Below are positions 11,101-20,100 of a DNA stretch of 64,000 bases, piece after piece (within the stretch, counting starts at the first letter, position 1; each line of letters begins with the position of its first letter). The notes below the pieces were generated by a model. It did no database searches, was not told the DNA's origin, and saw nothing but the letters and a program-made list of their open reading frames with translations. The position numbers were made by a program, and so were the translations under genes. Source of the DNA: Escherichia coli (lineage in GTDB: Bacteria; Pseudomonadota; Gammaproteobacteria; Enterobacterales; Enterobacteriaceae); NCBI RefSeq assembly GCF_024502345.1, contig NZ_JALDNN010000003.1; one strand, given 5' to 3'.

Positions 11101-12414
11101 TCGGAGGATAAAGTGAATTGGGTTCAGGGTGACACTACCTATAACGTATCGGCCGCTGATACGCTACCTCCGACCATTTACGCCCGAATGCGTTACCTGG
11201 ATTCTGATGAGTTGGCTGAAGAGTCATCCTGGAAAGAGACGTCTGCCCGGTTAACCGTCGCTAAACCCAAGCGCCTATCTGTTTCAGTAAGTGGTATTTC
11301 AAGCGTCGAGGTGGGAAGTAAAGTTACTTTAGATGGTAAATACACTAACCCGAACAGCCGATTCAAGAACGGAAATGACGTCATTGAAGAATGGACTGCC
11401 CCTGACGGACAAAAAATCAGAGGTGCGAATCTGTCGATAACTTTGACTGAGCAGATGCTGGATAAGCAAGGATATGCGGCATTTGAATACAGTGCATGGC
11501 TTGCTGGCAGTAAGGACAGTACTATTTCCACGCGGAAAGTATCTGTTAAATCTTGGGTGTATAAGTTTCCTGAGATGAAAGTCAGTACAAAGCTTAAATA
11601 CACCATGGCCCCGTCGACCTTACATGTTGCGCTGAGCGGAATAAAAGACGGTGGCTATCCTGGGGTAACTTATTCTCGGGAATGGATCTACGATAAGGAC
11701 AATATCTCAGTTTTAAAAGATGATGGTGATACGAAAGAATTTGCAATTGCGAAGCCGGGGAAATATACGTTGGTAATCGTTTTCCGTGATAACCGTAACA
11801 ACGAACAGCGTATTGAAAATACCTTCGTAGTCGATGAGCAAACGCCCATGACTGTAGAAATGACACCGAAATTCTCTAATAAGTTCATGAGGGCGCCTCT
11901 TGATGTCACGCTAAGATCTAACATTAAACTGGCGCACTCTGCTGACAGTATTGATACTGTGACATACAAAGTAAACGGCGAGGTTGTTCCTGGTAGTAAA
12001 AACTATTGGGCTCAGTTAATTTCTGGTCTTACTGAGAAGAAATACGAAGTCACGCTGGATGTTGTCAGTAAAATGGGCCAAAGAGGTACCGCATCAGTTG
12101 ATTTTGAGGTTGTTAAAAACGCGGCTCCGCAATGTGCATTAAGCTACACAGAGTCTAATATGAGCTGGAGTTTCACAAACAAATGTATTGACACTGATGG
12201 CAAGCTGGTTCGATATGAATGGTATATCAATGATGAGCTAAGGAATGTTTTCGGCAGCACTGCGACACTGTCCAAAAACCTTAATCGTGGGAAGCAAGAT
12301 ATACGAGTTGTCGCGTATGATGATAGTGGGGATTCAGCAACTCAGCGTACGACCGTTTATGGTCCGGATGAGGGCGCGTCAAAGTCCGTAGATTCAGTTG
12401 AAACCTCGCAGTAA
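8107..12414 (+). CDS. Large (1435 aa) secreted protein, Thr/Ser/Val/Asn-rich, probably multi-domain beta-rich surface protein
   Basis: Signal peptide MRKSGLCLTLLFSLIASIKSVQA; long uninterrupted ORF; composition suggests repeated Ig-like domains; sits directly upstream of the transfer genes. Confidence 0.55.
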   Translation: MFVMRKSGLCLTLLFSLIASIKSVQAEAIMISGKLQADMPAVTFNPGPGDFVAFVNNNTITASGTGNACNVTVDDRATSSVDNLVCFFEWLPNTSGFTANGFNLTGIPNAAGELKLPYKISYFSGSERQKVEVVNGEYTVNALVPVKPTITGLKSSMNGVVQDGYTLKSYLKDEAIRNVTVSVEPRNYVQYISIGSGSACEVEIGGNGCTIDVGSIKVSDSDLLMGSREITVTANSKNNYFAPPEAQKLTLTWDYRPPVVDHTLWNFTDEAKTISIGGQEIYTGARTVAVAVKVPQEETEGEWWLPTAMTLTMNPDGVFKPTTKVTLEDGTVIDFKQSWATPLRRTLQPVSGPQKVGDEYLYIFDLTDLTNGSYAASFTVENNSKNTSTYNEPESKLMLSDNPTLMVLKDGAALAKRAPVYFLNEIIVAAFQGQAGVADIKAVTIDNKLVELTPTNHKGIYYLPVGDDLEVNADHEITVIAENLYGKIVTFNTTFTYQPTGFTLKNFEKDITLYSRVRQYTDLMSQTAGDKCTLFTTEENALAYLEWYGDKSDITACYPQWNNVPDGLEFYFKGRTPGLTGFFNKTGDNLLDYQVYMINGKGSKAVSSRNRHVLITQLPYNPVLTYKKNKVLTGINDNTALAYTTGGEAARLLAKVVPADVTVYVSQNGGESVKTTFKNRSSNNDATTFVQRLKVASAPLWTKNVFDIAVEYSKEPTMRTVDTLNVYTVPDFNIRAAMEIEDKKTATTMELPLKVSVGRYNNSTRKSSFSRTTMGDWDVTIYAQKSVYGKDPETGRYKTTYERTPLTEALPVNDAGVVETKIKIENLDLGNVRLVGIAKVRSPFADFELTRETSAVSIRVYKGEELEGNLSKSLIIGRIPLSTLVNFKSASTANSDALAPTEWQESSDNGQTWTMLQDMTGKRSISIRKTEVGKWLYRAKMTNKFTSKESYSDVLTVVTYKQPKLSIDVAEILEGDDLPVTLLDNDEPIPQGTAEVMWSEDKVNWVQGDTTYNVSAADTLPPTIYARMRYLDSDELAEESSWKETSARLTVAKPKRLSVSVSGISSVEVGSKVTLDGKYTNPNSRFKNGNDVIEEWTAPDGQKIRGANLSITLTEQMLDKQGYAAFEYSAWLAGSKDSTISTRKVSVKSWVYKFPEMKVSTKLKYTMAPSTLHVALSGIKDGGYPGVTYSREWIYDKDNISVLKDDGDTKEFAIAKPGKYTLVIVFRDNRNNEQRIENTFVVDEQTPMTVEMTPKFSNKFMRAPLDVTLRSNIKLAHSADSIDTVTYKVNGEVVPGSKNYWAQLISGLTEKKYEVTLDVVSKMGQRGTASVDFEVVKNAAPQCALSYTESNMSWSFTNKCIDTDGKLVRYEWYINDELRNVFGSTATLSKNLNRGKQDIRVVAYDDSGDSATQRTTVYGPDEGASKSVDSVETSQ

Positions 12415-12433
12415 GGCAAGCTAATGAAATAAC

Positions 12434-12469
12434 AGCCGGGGCAGAAATGTCCCGGCTTTTTTGTTTTTC
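12434..12469 (+). terminator. Rho-independent terminator after the large secreted protein gene
   Basis: Stem AGCCGGG-gcagaaatgt-CCCGGCT followed by a T-run. Confidence 0.55.
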
Positions 12470-12687
12470 ACTTTTTGATGGGGTAACGTCGGGAAAGTTA
12501 CTTTACATGAGTAAGACAGCGGCCAGGACAATCACAAATCAAAGACGGAATGAAAGAAAAAAAGGCGGTAAATAATCAGAAATAGCTGGCTTTGCTGAAA
12601 TAAGGAAGTACCAAAATATGGATAATAGGTTTTAAAGTAATGTAAAAGACAGTCCATTTTGCTTTCTGATTCTGAGAGAAGTAGGTT

Positions 12688-13200
12688 ATGAGAGAATACA
12701 TACCTAAGAAGCGTGGTTTACTGAGTTTTGATTGGTACGTGCCAATAAATCTCGGAATCCTGATACTGGTTATGTTGATTTTTTTTAATCGATTTACGTT
12801 TGGTCATGGACTATTAAATGGATGTTTACCTGCTGATTTTTACATGATCGATCTGAAGGATAAATCGGTAAGGTCAGGGAATATCATAGCTTTTCATATG
12901 CCAAAATCAGTCCGTTTTATACGTGAAAATGAGAAGGTTATTAAAATTGTGGCAGGAGTCGGCGGAGATCGCCTGAGGGTCACATTGGATGGTGTTTATA
13001 ATGGGAACAAATTTTATAAAGCCAATGCCAGACGTATTTCTGTGAAATACGGCATACCTGCCGAGACCATTGAAAGAGAATTAACTATTCCGGAAGGGGA
13101 GGTCTTTTTAATTGGGCAAACGGACCACTCATGGGACTCACGTTTTTGGGGGCCGGTTAAGTTGACTTCAGTTATTGGGAAAACATATGCGATCTTTTGA
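12688..13200 (+). CDS. Conjugative transfer signal peptidase (S26 family, TraF/TrhP-like)
   Basis: N-terminal membrane anchor plus signal-peptidase-like core (IVAGVGGDRLRV ... FLIGQTDHSWDSRFWGPV); first gene of a transfer operon. Confidence 0.6.
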   Translation: MREYIPKKRGLLSFDWYVPINLGILILVMLIFFNRFTFGHGLLNGCLPADFYMIDLKDKSVRSGNIIAFHMPKSVRFIRENEKVIKIVAGVGGDRLRVTLDGVYNGNKFYKANARRISVKYGIPAETIERELTIPEGEVFLIGQTDHSWDSRFWGPVKLTSVIGKTYAIF

Positions 13201-14695
13201 ATTAAAAACAACTATTAAGCCTCTGGCCTCCTGTCTGGCATTTTACGCCTTAATATCCACCGCTGTGGCTAGCCCCCAGTATCAACAGGTTGCTGATGAC
13301 ATTGCAAGGCAAGCTCAGGTTCTGGGCGCCCAAATACCGGTACCACACGCATCAGAAGGTCCGCTCCCGTCTGGTTCTCTGGATTCTCCTGATACCAAGA
13401 AATACATCCGCCAGGCCGAAGCTATGAAGAAAAACGGGGACCTCAGTCAGCAAACAAATCGCGGTTATGTCCCGGGTATGAATGCTGACAGTGTGCAGGC
13501 AGTTATAGACCATACGCAGGCTATCCGCGCTCAGAGTAATAACTCGGAAGCAGTTAACGACATCATTCGCAGACGTGATGAGATTCAGGGAAATTCACAG
13601 CTCAGCGAGTCTGCACTGAAATCCGTCGAAAATAAACCAGAAGTTATGCGCAGTCAGTCTTCGAATATCGAAAAGATGTTTGGTTCATCAGGAATCACCG
13701 CCGCTGACTTCGAGCGTAAAATAGACAGCAGTCGGGAAGAGGTGCTCTCGACAGAAAACGGTATCACTATCTTTGCGTCATTTAGCTTGCCTGATTACGT
13801 CCTGGAAGATCTACTCCGTACCGCGTCAGAACATAAGGCGAGAGTGGTTTTTAATGGTCTGAAGAAAGGCACTACACGCCTCCCTGAAACTCAGGCAGCT
13901 ATCAACCAGCTGGTGGTGAAGGGGAAGTTTGACTCCCCACTAATTACGATTGACCCGGACGCATTTAACCAGTACCAGATCACGCAGGTCCCGACAATAA
14001 TCTCCCGTGAGCAATCCCGGTTTGCAAAAATGGTCGGCTCTTTCAACGTTGATTTCTTCCAGCGCGAACTGGCCAGAAAACCCAACCAAGATCTTTTCCC
14101 GATTGCTGGTACGACCTATCCGGTTGAAGAGAAGAGCATTATTAAAGAGCTCGAAGAGCGAGCACAGAAATACGACTGGGACGGCGCCAAGAAGAGAGCA
14201 GTCGCTGATACCTGGAAAAACCAGTACATGGTTAATCTGCCTCCCGCTCAAGAGCACAAGGAATGGCTAATCGACCCGACAATCAGGGTTACTCAGGACG
14301 TTAAAGATAAGCAGGGTCGCGTCATTGCTTCTGCTGGCGAGCTCATTAACCCACTGGCCAGGTTCCCGCAGAACCTCACAATGATAATTTTTGACCCAAT
14401 GAACCCAGGGCAACTTGAGTGGGCAGAGAAGCAATATCGCCAGCGTCTTGGCAGCGGTCAGGTGATGCCGATGTTCACGCGCATCAAACAGGAAAATGGA
14501 TGGGATCATTTGAATGATCTGCGCGAAAAATTCAATGGGAAGGTGTTCAAAGTTAATGAGCAAATTATTGCTCGTTTCCAGATAAAAAACACGCCAGCGC
14601 TGATCTCCACTGAAAAAGAGAAATTCCGTATAACGCAATTCAGTGAAGCTGAAATACGTGGTATTGGAACAAAAATCGCGGCAGAGGAGAATTGA
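13175..14695 (+). CDS. TrbC/TraW-like fusion protein (F-type pilus assembly; TrhW-like)
   Basis: 506-aa signal-peptide protein between the peptidase and TraU; the size and position match the TrbC+TraW fusion described for IncHI-type transfer regions; the start may be the ATG at 13187. Confidence 0.5.
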   Translation: MGKHMRSFELKTTIKPLASCLAFYALISTAVASPQYQQVADDIARQAQVLGAQIPVPHASEGPLPSGSLDSPDTKKYIRQAEAMKKNGDLSQQTNRGYVPGMNADSVQAVIDHTQAIRAQSNNSEAVNDIIRRRDEIQGNSQLSESALKSVENKPEVMRSQSSNIEKMFGSSGITAADFERKIDSSREEVLSTENGITIFASFSLPDYVLEDLLRTASEHKARVVFNGLKKGTTRLPETQAAINQLVVKGKFDSPLITIDPDAFNQYQITQVPTIISREQSRFAKMVGSFNVDFFQRELARKPNQDLFPIAGTTYPVEEKSIIKELEERAQKYDWDGAKKRAVADTWKNQYMVNLPPAQEHKEWLIDPTIRVTQDVKDKQGRVIASAGELINPLARFPQNLTMIIFDPMNPGQLEWAEKQYRQRLGSGQVMPMFTRIKQENGWDHLNDLREKFNGKVFKVNEQIIARFQIKNTPALISTEKEKFRITQFSEAEIRGIGTKIAAEEN

Positions 14696-14827
14696 TATGA
14701 AAATAGGATTTATTTTTGGGGCGCTGCTGGCCACTTGGCTGACGCTAACTTACCCGGACCAGATGAGAGAGTGTTTTAACAAAGTGGTTGCGTATATGGA
14801 AAGCGTGACAACATTCATTACTAAATA

Positions 14828-15892
14828 GTGAGCGTGCCGGTGAAGAAGCTAAAAAAGTTACTTTTGGAAATATTGATCGCTGTCATGCTGTCGCTCTCGC
14901 TGCCTGCAATGACAATGGCCGCAGATACCGGTGTCCCGGGAGCAATGTGCCAGTCAGCGGGAGTATGGCAGGGCCTAATCAAAAACATCTGCTGGAGTTG
15001 TATCTTCCCGATGCGGATCATGGGAATTGGAGCAGCCCCTGAAGGTGCCGCCCCCTCACGCCCTGGTTGCTATTGCACGGATCAAAATGGGATACCAGAA
15101 ATCGGATGGCAGCTAAGTTTTTTCCAACCAGTAAAAATTGTTGAAGTGGTGAAAAGTCCGTGGTGCAGCCCATTTTTAGAGGGAACCATGCTGCAAAAAT
15201 CACAGTTCGACATCGGCAAGAGCAATACTAACCAGCCTATGACCGCAACAGAAGCCGGATTCTACGACGTACATCTCTGGGAATTCCCAATCATGACGAT
15301 GTTGAAATTGCTGGTTATTGGTGAATGTACAGCAGAACCTTATGTTGATGCCAGTCTGACGTATATCAGCGAAGTAGATCCGATGTGGGAAAGTGACCTA
15401 TTGACGCTCGTGCTAAACCCCGAAGCTGTGGTATTTGCAAACCCTATCGCCTCAATGGTATGTGCAGCTGACTGCGTGGCCGTGACTGCCGGGAAGGATA
15501 ATTTGGCTGCATATTTTTGTGCCGGGTGTGATGGGAACCTTTACCCGTTAACTGGACACATCTATGCGAATGATGATGCCGTCAGAACCAGCTCACTTAT
15601 AACTCAGCGTCTACTGACGAAGTTACATAGGCAGGGAATGCTTATGAGAACAATGGGAGCTGACGCAATGTGTGAAAAAACGTGGGAATACTTCACTCCT
15701 CGATCTCAATACCGACTTTCAATGCTTTACCCAACGCCGGAGGCGAATGGTCCGGATTGCTGTCATCGCCTAGGCGATTCTGTCCATGACTGGTCAACGC
15801 TTAAAGGTGGACGGAAAAAAATCGGCATAGATAACTATGTTTACATGCTGTGGCGCTATAATGATTGCTGCGTCAGGTATATACCCAACTAA
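14828..15892 (+). CDS. traU: TraU-like F-type conjugal pilus assembly protein
   Basis: Signal peptide, a CxxC-containing segment (ICWSCIFPM) and many conserved Cys, typical of the TraU family; the track's first codon is GTG. Confidence 0.7.
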   Translation: MSVPVKKLKKLLLEILIAVMLSLSLPAMTMAADTGVPGAMCQSAGVWQGLIKNICWSCIFPMRIMGIGAAPEGAAPSRPGCYCTDQNGIPEIGWQLSFFQPVKIVEVVKSPWCSPFLEGTMLQKSQFDIGKSNTNQPMTATEAGFYDVHLWEFPIMTMLKLLVIGECTAEPYVDASLTYISEVDPMWESDLLTLVLNPEAVVFANPIASMVCAADCVAVTAGKDNLAAYFCAGCDGNLYPLTGHIYANDDAVRTSSLITQRLLTKLHRQGMLMRTMGADAMCEKTWEYFTPRSQYRLSMLYPTPEANGPDCCHRLGDSVHDWSTLKGGRKKIGIDNYVYMLWRYNDCCVRYIPN

Positions 15893-15914
15893 TTGAAAAC
15901 ATTGAGTATTATAT

Positions 15915-18900
15915 ATGAAACATAGAAAAATAATTTCTTCAGCAATTATTGCGTCTATGATAGCTAATACTATGAGTTGGGCATTTTACGTGTCGCTCAT
16001 AAACATTGCGTTAACGCCTAAAATATTTGCGGCAGATGCGATTTTTGACCAGCTTGAAAACAATTTTAACCTTGCCAATCCCAACGCCAACCGGAACGCA
16101 ACCACCAGTGCTCAGGATATTGTGGAAAAGTATAAAAATGCTGATTCCGGGGAAAATCTGAGCGGCAAAATTTCCGAGAAATATGTTGGTAAAGCAGAGT
16201 CAACAAACCTAAATGTTGGGAAGTACGGGACGCCGAACTCAAATGAAAGTGTTATGAGTAATGCGGTGTCCGACGGGAAATCGATCGGTAAGGCTGTACA
16301 ATTACCTAGCATGTCGGGCGGTACAATTAACTCGAATTATACGAAAGAGGGGGCAAAGTTACTTTCTAGGGACAGCAGCGGTAATATTGGAATAAGTAAC
16401 AACCCGAATACAACGGCAGGTACCAAAACCAGTACAGGGGAATTATTCAGCTCAGAGCAGAAGCACAGTGATGTTCAGTTCAATGCTGGTGGCCGGTATG
16501 GAGATGAAAATGGCTTCATCAATGACATCAAAAATCGAAAAAGTCAGCTGTTTGAAGCGCAAAGTTATGATGGAGTCGCCTACCGTACTCTGGTGAATGC
16601 AAATAAAGAAAACCCAGCATCTACTATTAAACCTAACGACCCTATGTTCAATGCGGGTCGAAACGAAATAGGAAATGCTGTAGCTGGTACAGGAAACTGG
16701 CTACAGAATTGTAATACGGAAACATCAAAACAAACAATTACTACGCACTATCCAGATTACAAAGAGTTTTACTGCAATTCACCCAAGAAAGATAATTTTA
16801 ACAGTTGCACGATAACTCGTGATTTTTCCGTGCCGGTTTATATCTCAGGTGGTAATGGTGATATGTCCATGTGCGGAGATAATTGTGTGAGAGTCTGGTT
16901 TGGCAGAAGGGACGACAACTATTGGAACGATGGAGTCTATGACAACTCATTAACCTTAAAATTCCATCCAGATGCAAAGCTCGCAACTGCGAAAATAATT
17001 AACGCAGAGTGGGATGACCATATGAGGGTCACGCTTGATGGTACACAGATTTTTGCTCATATAGATGGAGCATATAGAAGTAGCAATTATCCATCTCCAC
17101 AAGGTCAATGGGAGTTAAAGAAATCCTGGAAGCTCGATAAAGTCTACGATATTACTGAACAAGTAAAAACCTCTGTATATCAGGAGCAGGATCGTGAAGT
17201 GACTATGGCTTCGCGCGTATGGGTTGGCGGTGGTGGGGAAGGCTATTTTGAAGTTGAGATGACTTTTGAAAATATGAAGTTGGAGGATAAACATATACAG
17301 GAGCCCGCAGGATGTTTTGATGCAGTACAAACGCCGAATTCATTCTGTCGGTTTGACAGGTTTGTCAACATGGATGTTGGTACAAAGCGACTCCCGGAAA
17401 GTGTGCTTAAGATGGCCACACCGCTTTACAAAGGTGATACAGGATACTTAACCTGGAAAACAAACCTTGAAGGCTATTTCTGTGATCCCCTGGCGAAGGA
17501 AAAACTGTGCTCTTATGATGCGAAGGGAAACATCATGAAAGACCCCACAGGCAAAGACCTTTGCTACAACTACGACGATATAAAAAATATGCCTGACGCA
17601 TGCAGCACATATAAAAATGATGCTGCGTGTGTGCTAGATAATCAGACATGTGCTGAAGGTTGGTTCGATGAAGGCACAAATACTTGCTACATGTATGAGC
17701 AGAAATATACATGTGACAGAGGGAAAGACGTAGTCAGAGAGGTAGAGTCACAGACTAACTCCTGTGTAGGTATGATCCCATGTTCTGGCGGAACATGTGA
17801 AACAGGCCCAAAAGAAGAAAACAAAGATTTTGGGAAAGTGGCCGCGTACTCCAATATGGTTCAGTACATGCAAGGTGAAGCAAAATGCGAAGATCCAAAC
17901 GACCCTAACTCCTGCTCTGTCTTTGAAGGGAAAGCAGAGTGGTGCGGCAGGTCCGTTGGTTTTGTGAACGGACTGGCCAAAACAGATTGCTGCGAAAAGC
18001 CGCAGGGTGCTGCTGGGTCACTGGAGGCGATAATGCTGGCCGGGTCGATGATCCGAAACACGAACTGGACCCGAGTGAATGCTCAACTGGTAAACTGGAC
18101 TGGAGGGGAGAGCGGAACCTGGGCATCAATGGCTAACTCAGTGGGTGAATGGACTGCATCGGCAGGTAAAACTGTCGGACAAATGTGGAACAATGTGACC
18201 AGTTCAATAACCAGCGTTTACGAAAACGTGGCCGGTAACCTTGGCCGAACAGTAGGATCATCCGCTGCTGGTGAAAGTGGTCAGCTTGCTAAGGAGACTA
18301 TGAGTTCATTCGGGCTTGGTAAACTTAAGCAGATGGCCATGGAAAAAGCCTATGACCTGCTTCCCGATACAGTTAGAGACTTCGTATTTAAAAATGTAGC
18401 GACAACGGGGGGAGAAATAGTCTTTTCTGCTGCTGTTCAAAACTTTATGCTTGCATTAAATGTAATCGGCTGGATTTATACGGCATATCAAGTCACAAAA
18501 ATGCTGCTTGAAATGCTGGTGGCCTGCGATCAAAAAGAAATGGAAGCATCTATTCACAAAAATCAGAAATCCTGTTTTACACTGGATACAAACCGTTGTG
18601 TTAAATATCTGAATCTGGGATTTACAAAGAAATGTGTTAAAAAAGCAACAGACATGTGCTGTTACAATTCAATGTTATCTCGCGTTATTATGCAGCAGGC
18701 CTACCCGCAGCTTGGAATAGACCCGGTTACTTCAAACTGCGTTGGCTTATCAATAGGGCAGATCCAAAAGTTAGATTTTGACAAGATTGATTTAACAGAA
18801 TGGATTAACGATGCTGTTCAGGTCGGAGAAGTACCGGACCAGTACGCTACATTCTCAGAATCGTCAATAACAGCAAATTTGCCATTTAAAAACGAGAATT

Positions 18901-19091
18901 ATCAACTTCCATCAGAAAGAACAAAAGATGCAATGGGAGGAGAGGAGAATATGATAAAAGCCAGACAGGAAAACGCTCAGGCCATTAAAGAGGAGAACGT
19001 AGACTGTAGCTATCTTCCACGCCCTGCGATTTGTGAAGTTGGGTCAACTTATGTAGATCCAATTACAGGTAAGGAAATACCAAAATATTAA
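15915..19091 (+). CDS. traN: TraN-like mating-pair stabilisation protein (Cys-rich outer membrane protein)
   Basis: 1058-aa secreted protein with dense Cys clusters in the central and C-terminal regions, immediately downstream of traU as in F-type systems. Confidence 0.6.
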   Translation: MKHRKIISSAIIASMIANTMSWAFYVSLINIALTPKIFAADAIFDQLENNFNLANPNANRNATTSAQDIVEKYKNADSGENLSGKISEKYVGKAESTNLNVGKYGTPNSNESVMSNAVSDGKSIGKAVQLPSMSGGTINSNYTKEGAKLLSRDSSGNIGISNNPNTTAGTKTSTGELFSSEQKHSDVQFNAGGRYGDENGFINDIKNRKSQLFEAQSYDGVAYRTLVNANKENPASTIKPNDPMFNAGRNEIGNAVAGTGNWLQNCNTETSKQTITTHYPDYKEFYCNSPKKDNFNSCTITRDFSVPVYISGGNGDMSMCGDNCVRVWFGRRDDNYWNDGVYDNSLTLKFHPDAKLATAKIINAEWDDHMRVTLDGTQIFAHIDGAYRSSNYPSPQGQWELKKSWKLDKVYDITEQVKTSVYQEQDREVTMASRVWVGGGGEGYFEVEMTFENMKLEDKHIQEPAGCFDAVQTPNSFCRFDRFVNMDVGTKRLPESVLKMATPLYKGDTGYLTWKTNLEGYFCDPLAKEKLCSYDAKGNIMKDPTGKDLCYNYDDIKNMPDACSTYKNDAACVLDNQTCAEGWFDEGTNTCYMYEQKYTCDRGKDVVREVESQTNSCVGMIPCSGGTCETGPKEENKDFGKVAAYSNMVQYMQGEAKCEDPNDPNSCSVFEGKAEWCGRSVGFVNGLAKTDCCEKPQGAAGSLEAIMLAGSMIRNTNWTRVNAQLVNWTGGESGTWASMANSVGEWTASAGKTVGQMWNNVTSSITSVYENVAGNLGRTVGSSAAGESGQLAKETMSSFGLGKLKQMAMEKAYDLLPDTVRDFVFKNVATTGGEIVFSAAVQNFMLALNVIGWIYTAYQVTKMLLEMLVACDQKEMEASIHKNQKSCFTLDTNRCVKYLNLGFTKKCVKKATDMCCYNSMLSRVIMQQAYPQLGIDPVTSNCVGLSIGQIQKLDFDKIDLTEWINDAVQVGEVPDQYATFSESSITANLPFKNENYQLPSERTKDAMGGEENMIKARQENAQAIKEENVDCSYLPRPAICEVGSTYVDPITGKEIPKY

Positions 19092-19125
19092 AAAAAAGGG
19101 GCTGTAAAGCCCCTTTTGTTATTTT
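19092..19125. terminator. Bidirectional rho-independent terminator between traN and a convergent lipoprotein gene
   Basis: A8-GGGGCT-gtaa-AGCCCC-T-run; usable on both strands. Confidence 0.5.
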
Positions 19126-19991
19126 GATTTCAGAGTTTTTTCCGGGAATCCTTTCTGACCATACTCACCAGAGAAGAGGTAATAGTCTTTCCCATTAATT
19201 GAAGCAGCTGCGCCGCCTGGCATGGTGAACTTTGGACTATCAGAACGGAAAATAATACCTGAGAAATTATTGCTTGACTCATTGCCTTTAAATGGAATGA
19301 ACACGTAACGAATAACTGAATACTCACCGGCAGGTAGATTAAGTTGGGGAATTTCAGTTCCAGTCGCAGGGCGAATAGCCTGGAAGCTGTACATGGAATT
19401 AGTTGGCATTACGTCAGGAGCTGGTTTTGAAGTGAGCTCGCATGTACTCCATTTATTGATGACCGCCCTATCAATCTTGCAGGACGCCAGAGCTGCACTT
19501 TGCTTCGATGGGTTGAATCCGAGCATTACCTGTGACTCTTTGGTGTGATTGTAAACATACGCAGCACCGGCACGAACTAGGCTTTCATCGTTATAAGGAA
19601 GTTTCTTCGGGTTCGGGACAAAGACAACATACTGGTTAACCTGAATGTATTCGGCGTCAGAGGAGCTGTATAGAGAGCCCAAACTCATAATGCTTAATCC
19701 GCTGAGACCGCCTGTCACATATCCCATAGAGCCGCTAATCAAGAGTTTGGAAAGGAAGTTATCTGCATCACCACCTGGCTGAACAGTTTCCTCATTAAAA
19801 GAAACGTCAAACCCGGCCAGAGAGTAAGCATTTTTGGCTACAGAATCTTTTGCGTTAGCATGCCAGTAGAGCCCATGAGTGTCGCTGTGCTGGGCGGAGT
19901 TAGGGGATTGACCTGCGTTCCCAGCACACCCTACCAGAGACGCACTTGCAACTAAAGCTGAAACCAAGGATACAAACCGTTTATTTTTCAT
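19119..19991 (-). CDS. Putative lipoprotein, unknown function
   Basis: Signal peptide with lipobox ASLVGCAG. Confidence 0.45.
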   Translation of the reverse strand: MKNKRFVSLVSALVASASLVGCAGNAGQSPNSAQHSDTHGLYWHANAKDSVAKNAYSLAGFDVSFNEETVQPGGDADNFLSKLLISGSMGYVTGGLSGLSIMSLGSLYSSSDAEYIQVNQYVVFVPNPKKLPYNDESLVRAGAAYVYNHTKESQVMLGFNPSKQSAALASCKIDRAVINKWSTCELTSKPAPDVMPTNSMYSFQAIRPATGTEIPQLNLPAGEYSVIRYVFIPFKGNESSNNFSGIIFRSDSPKFTMPGGAAASINGKDYYLFSGEYGQKGFPEKTLKSK

Positions 19992-20100
19992 TTATGACCC
20001 TTTTTGAATGAATTTTATGTCTAGAAGCATTATTTCATACTCGCCAGTTTCTCAAACAACCTAAATGAAGAAAAAATGGAAAAATATGAAGTGACCAAAA

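Noticed and set aside
14698-14826. Small hydrophobic ORF (MKIGFIFGALLATWLTL...) between the TrbC/TraW-like gene and traU
   Set aside because: Plausible small membrane protein, but only 43 aa and without a recognisable family; not called as a feature.
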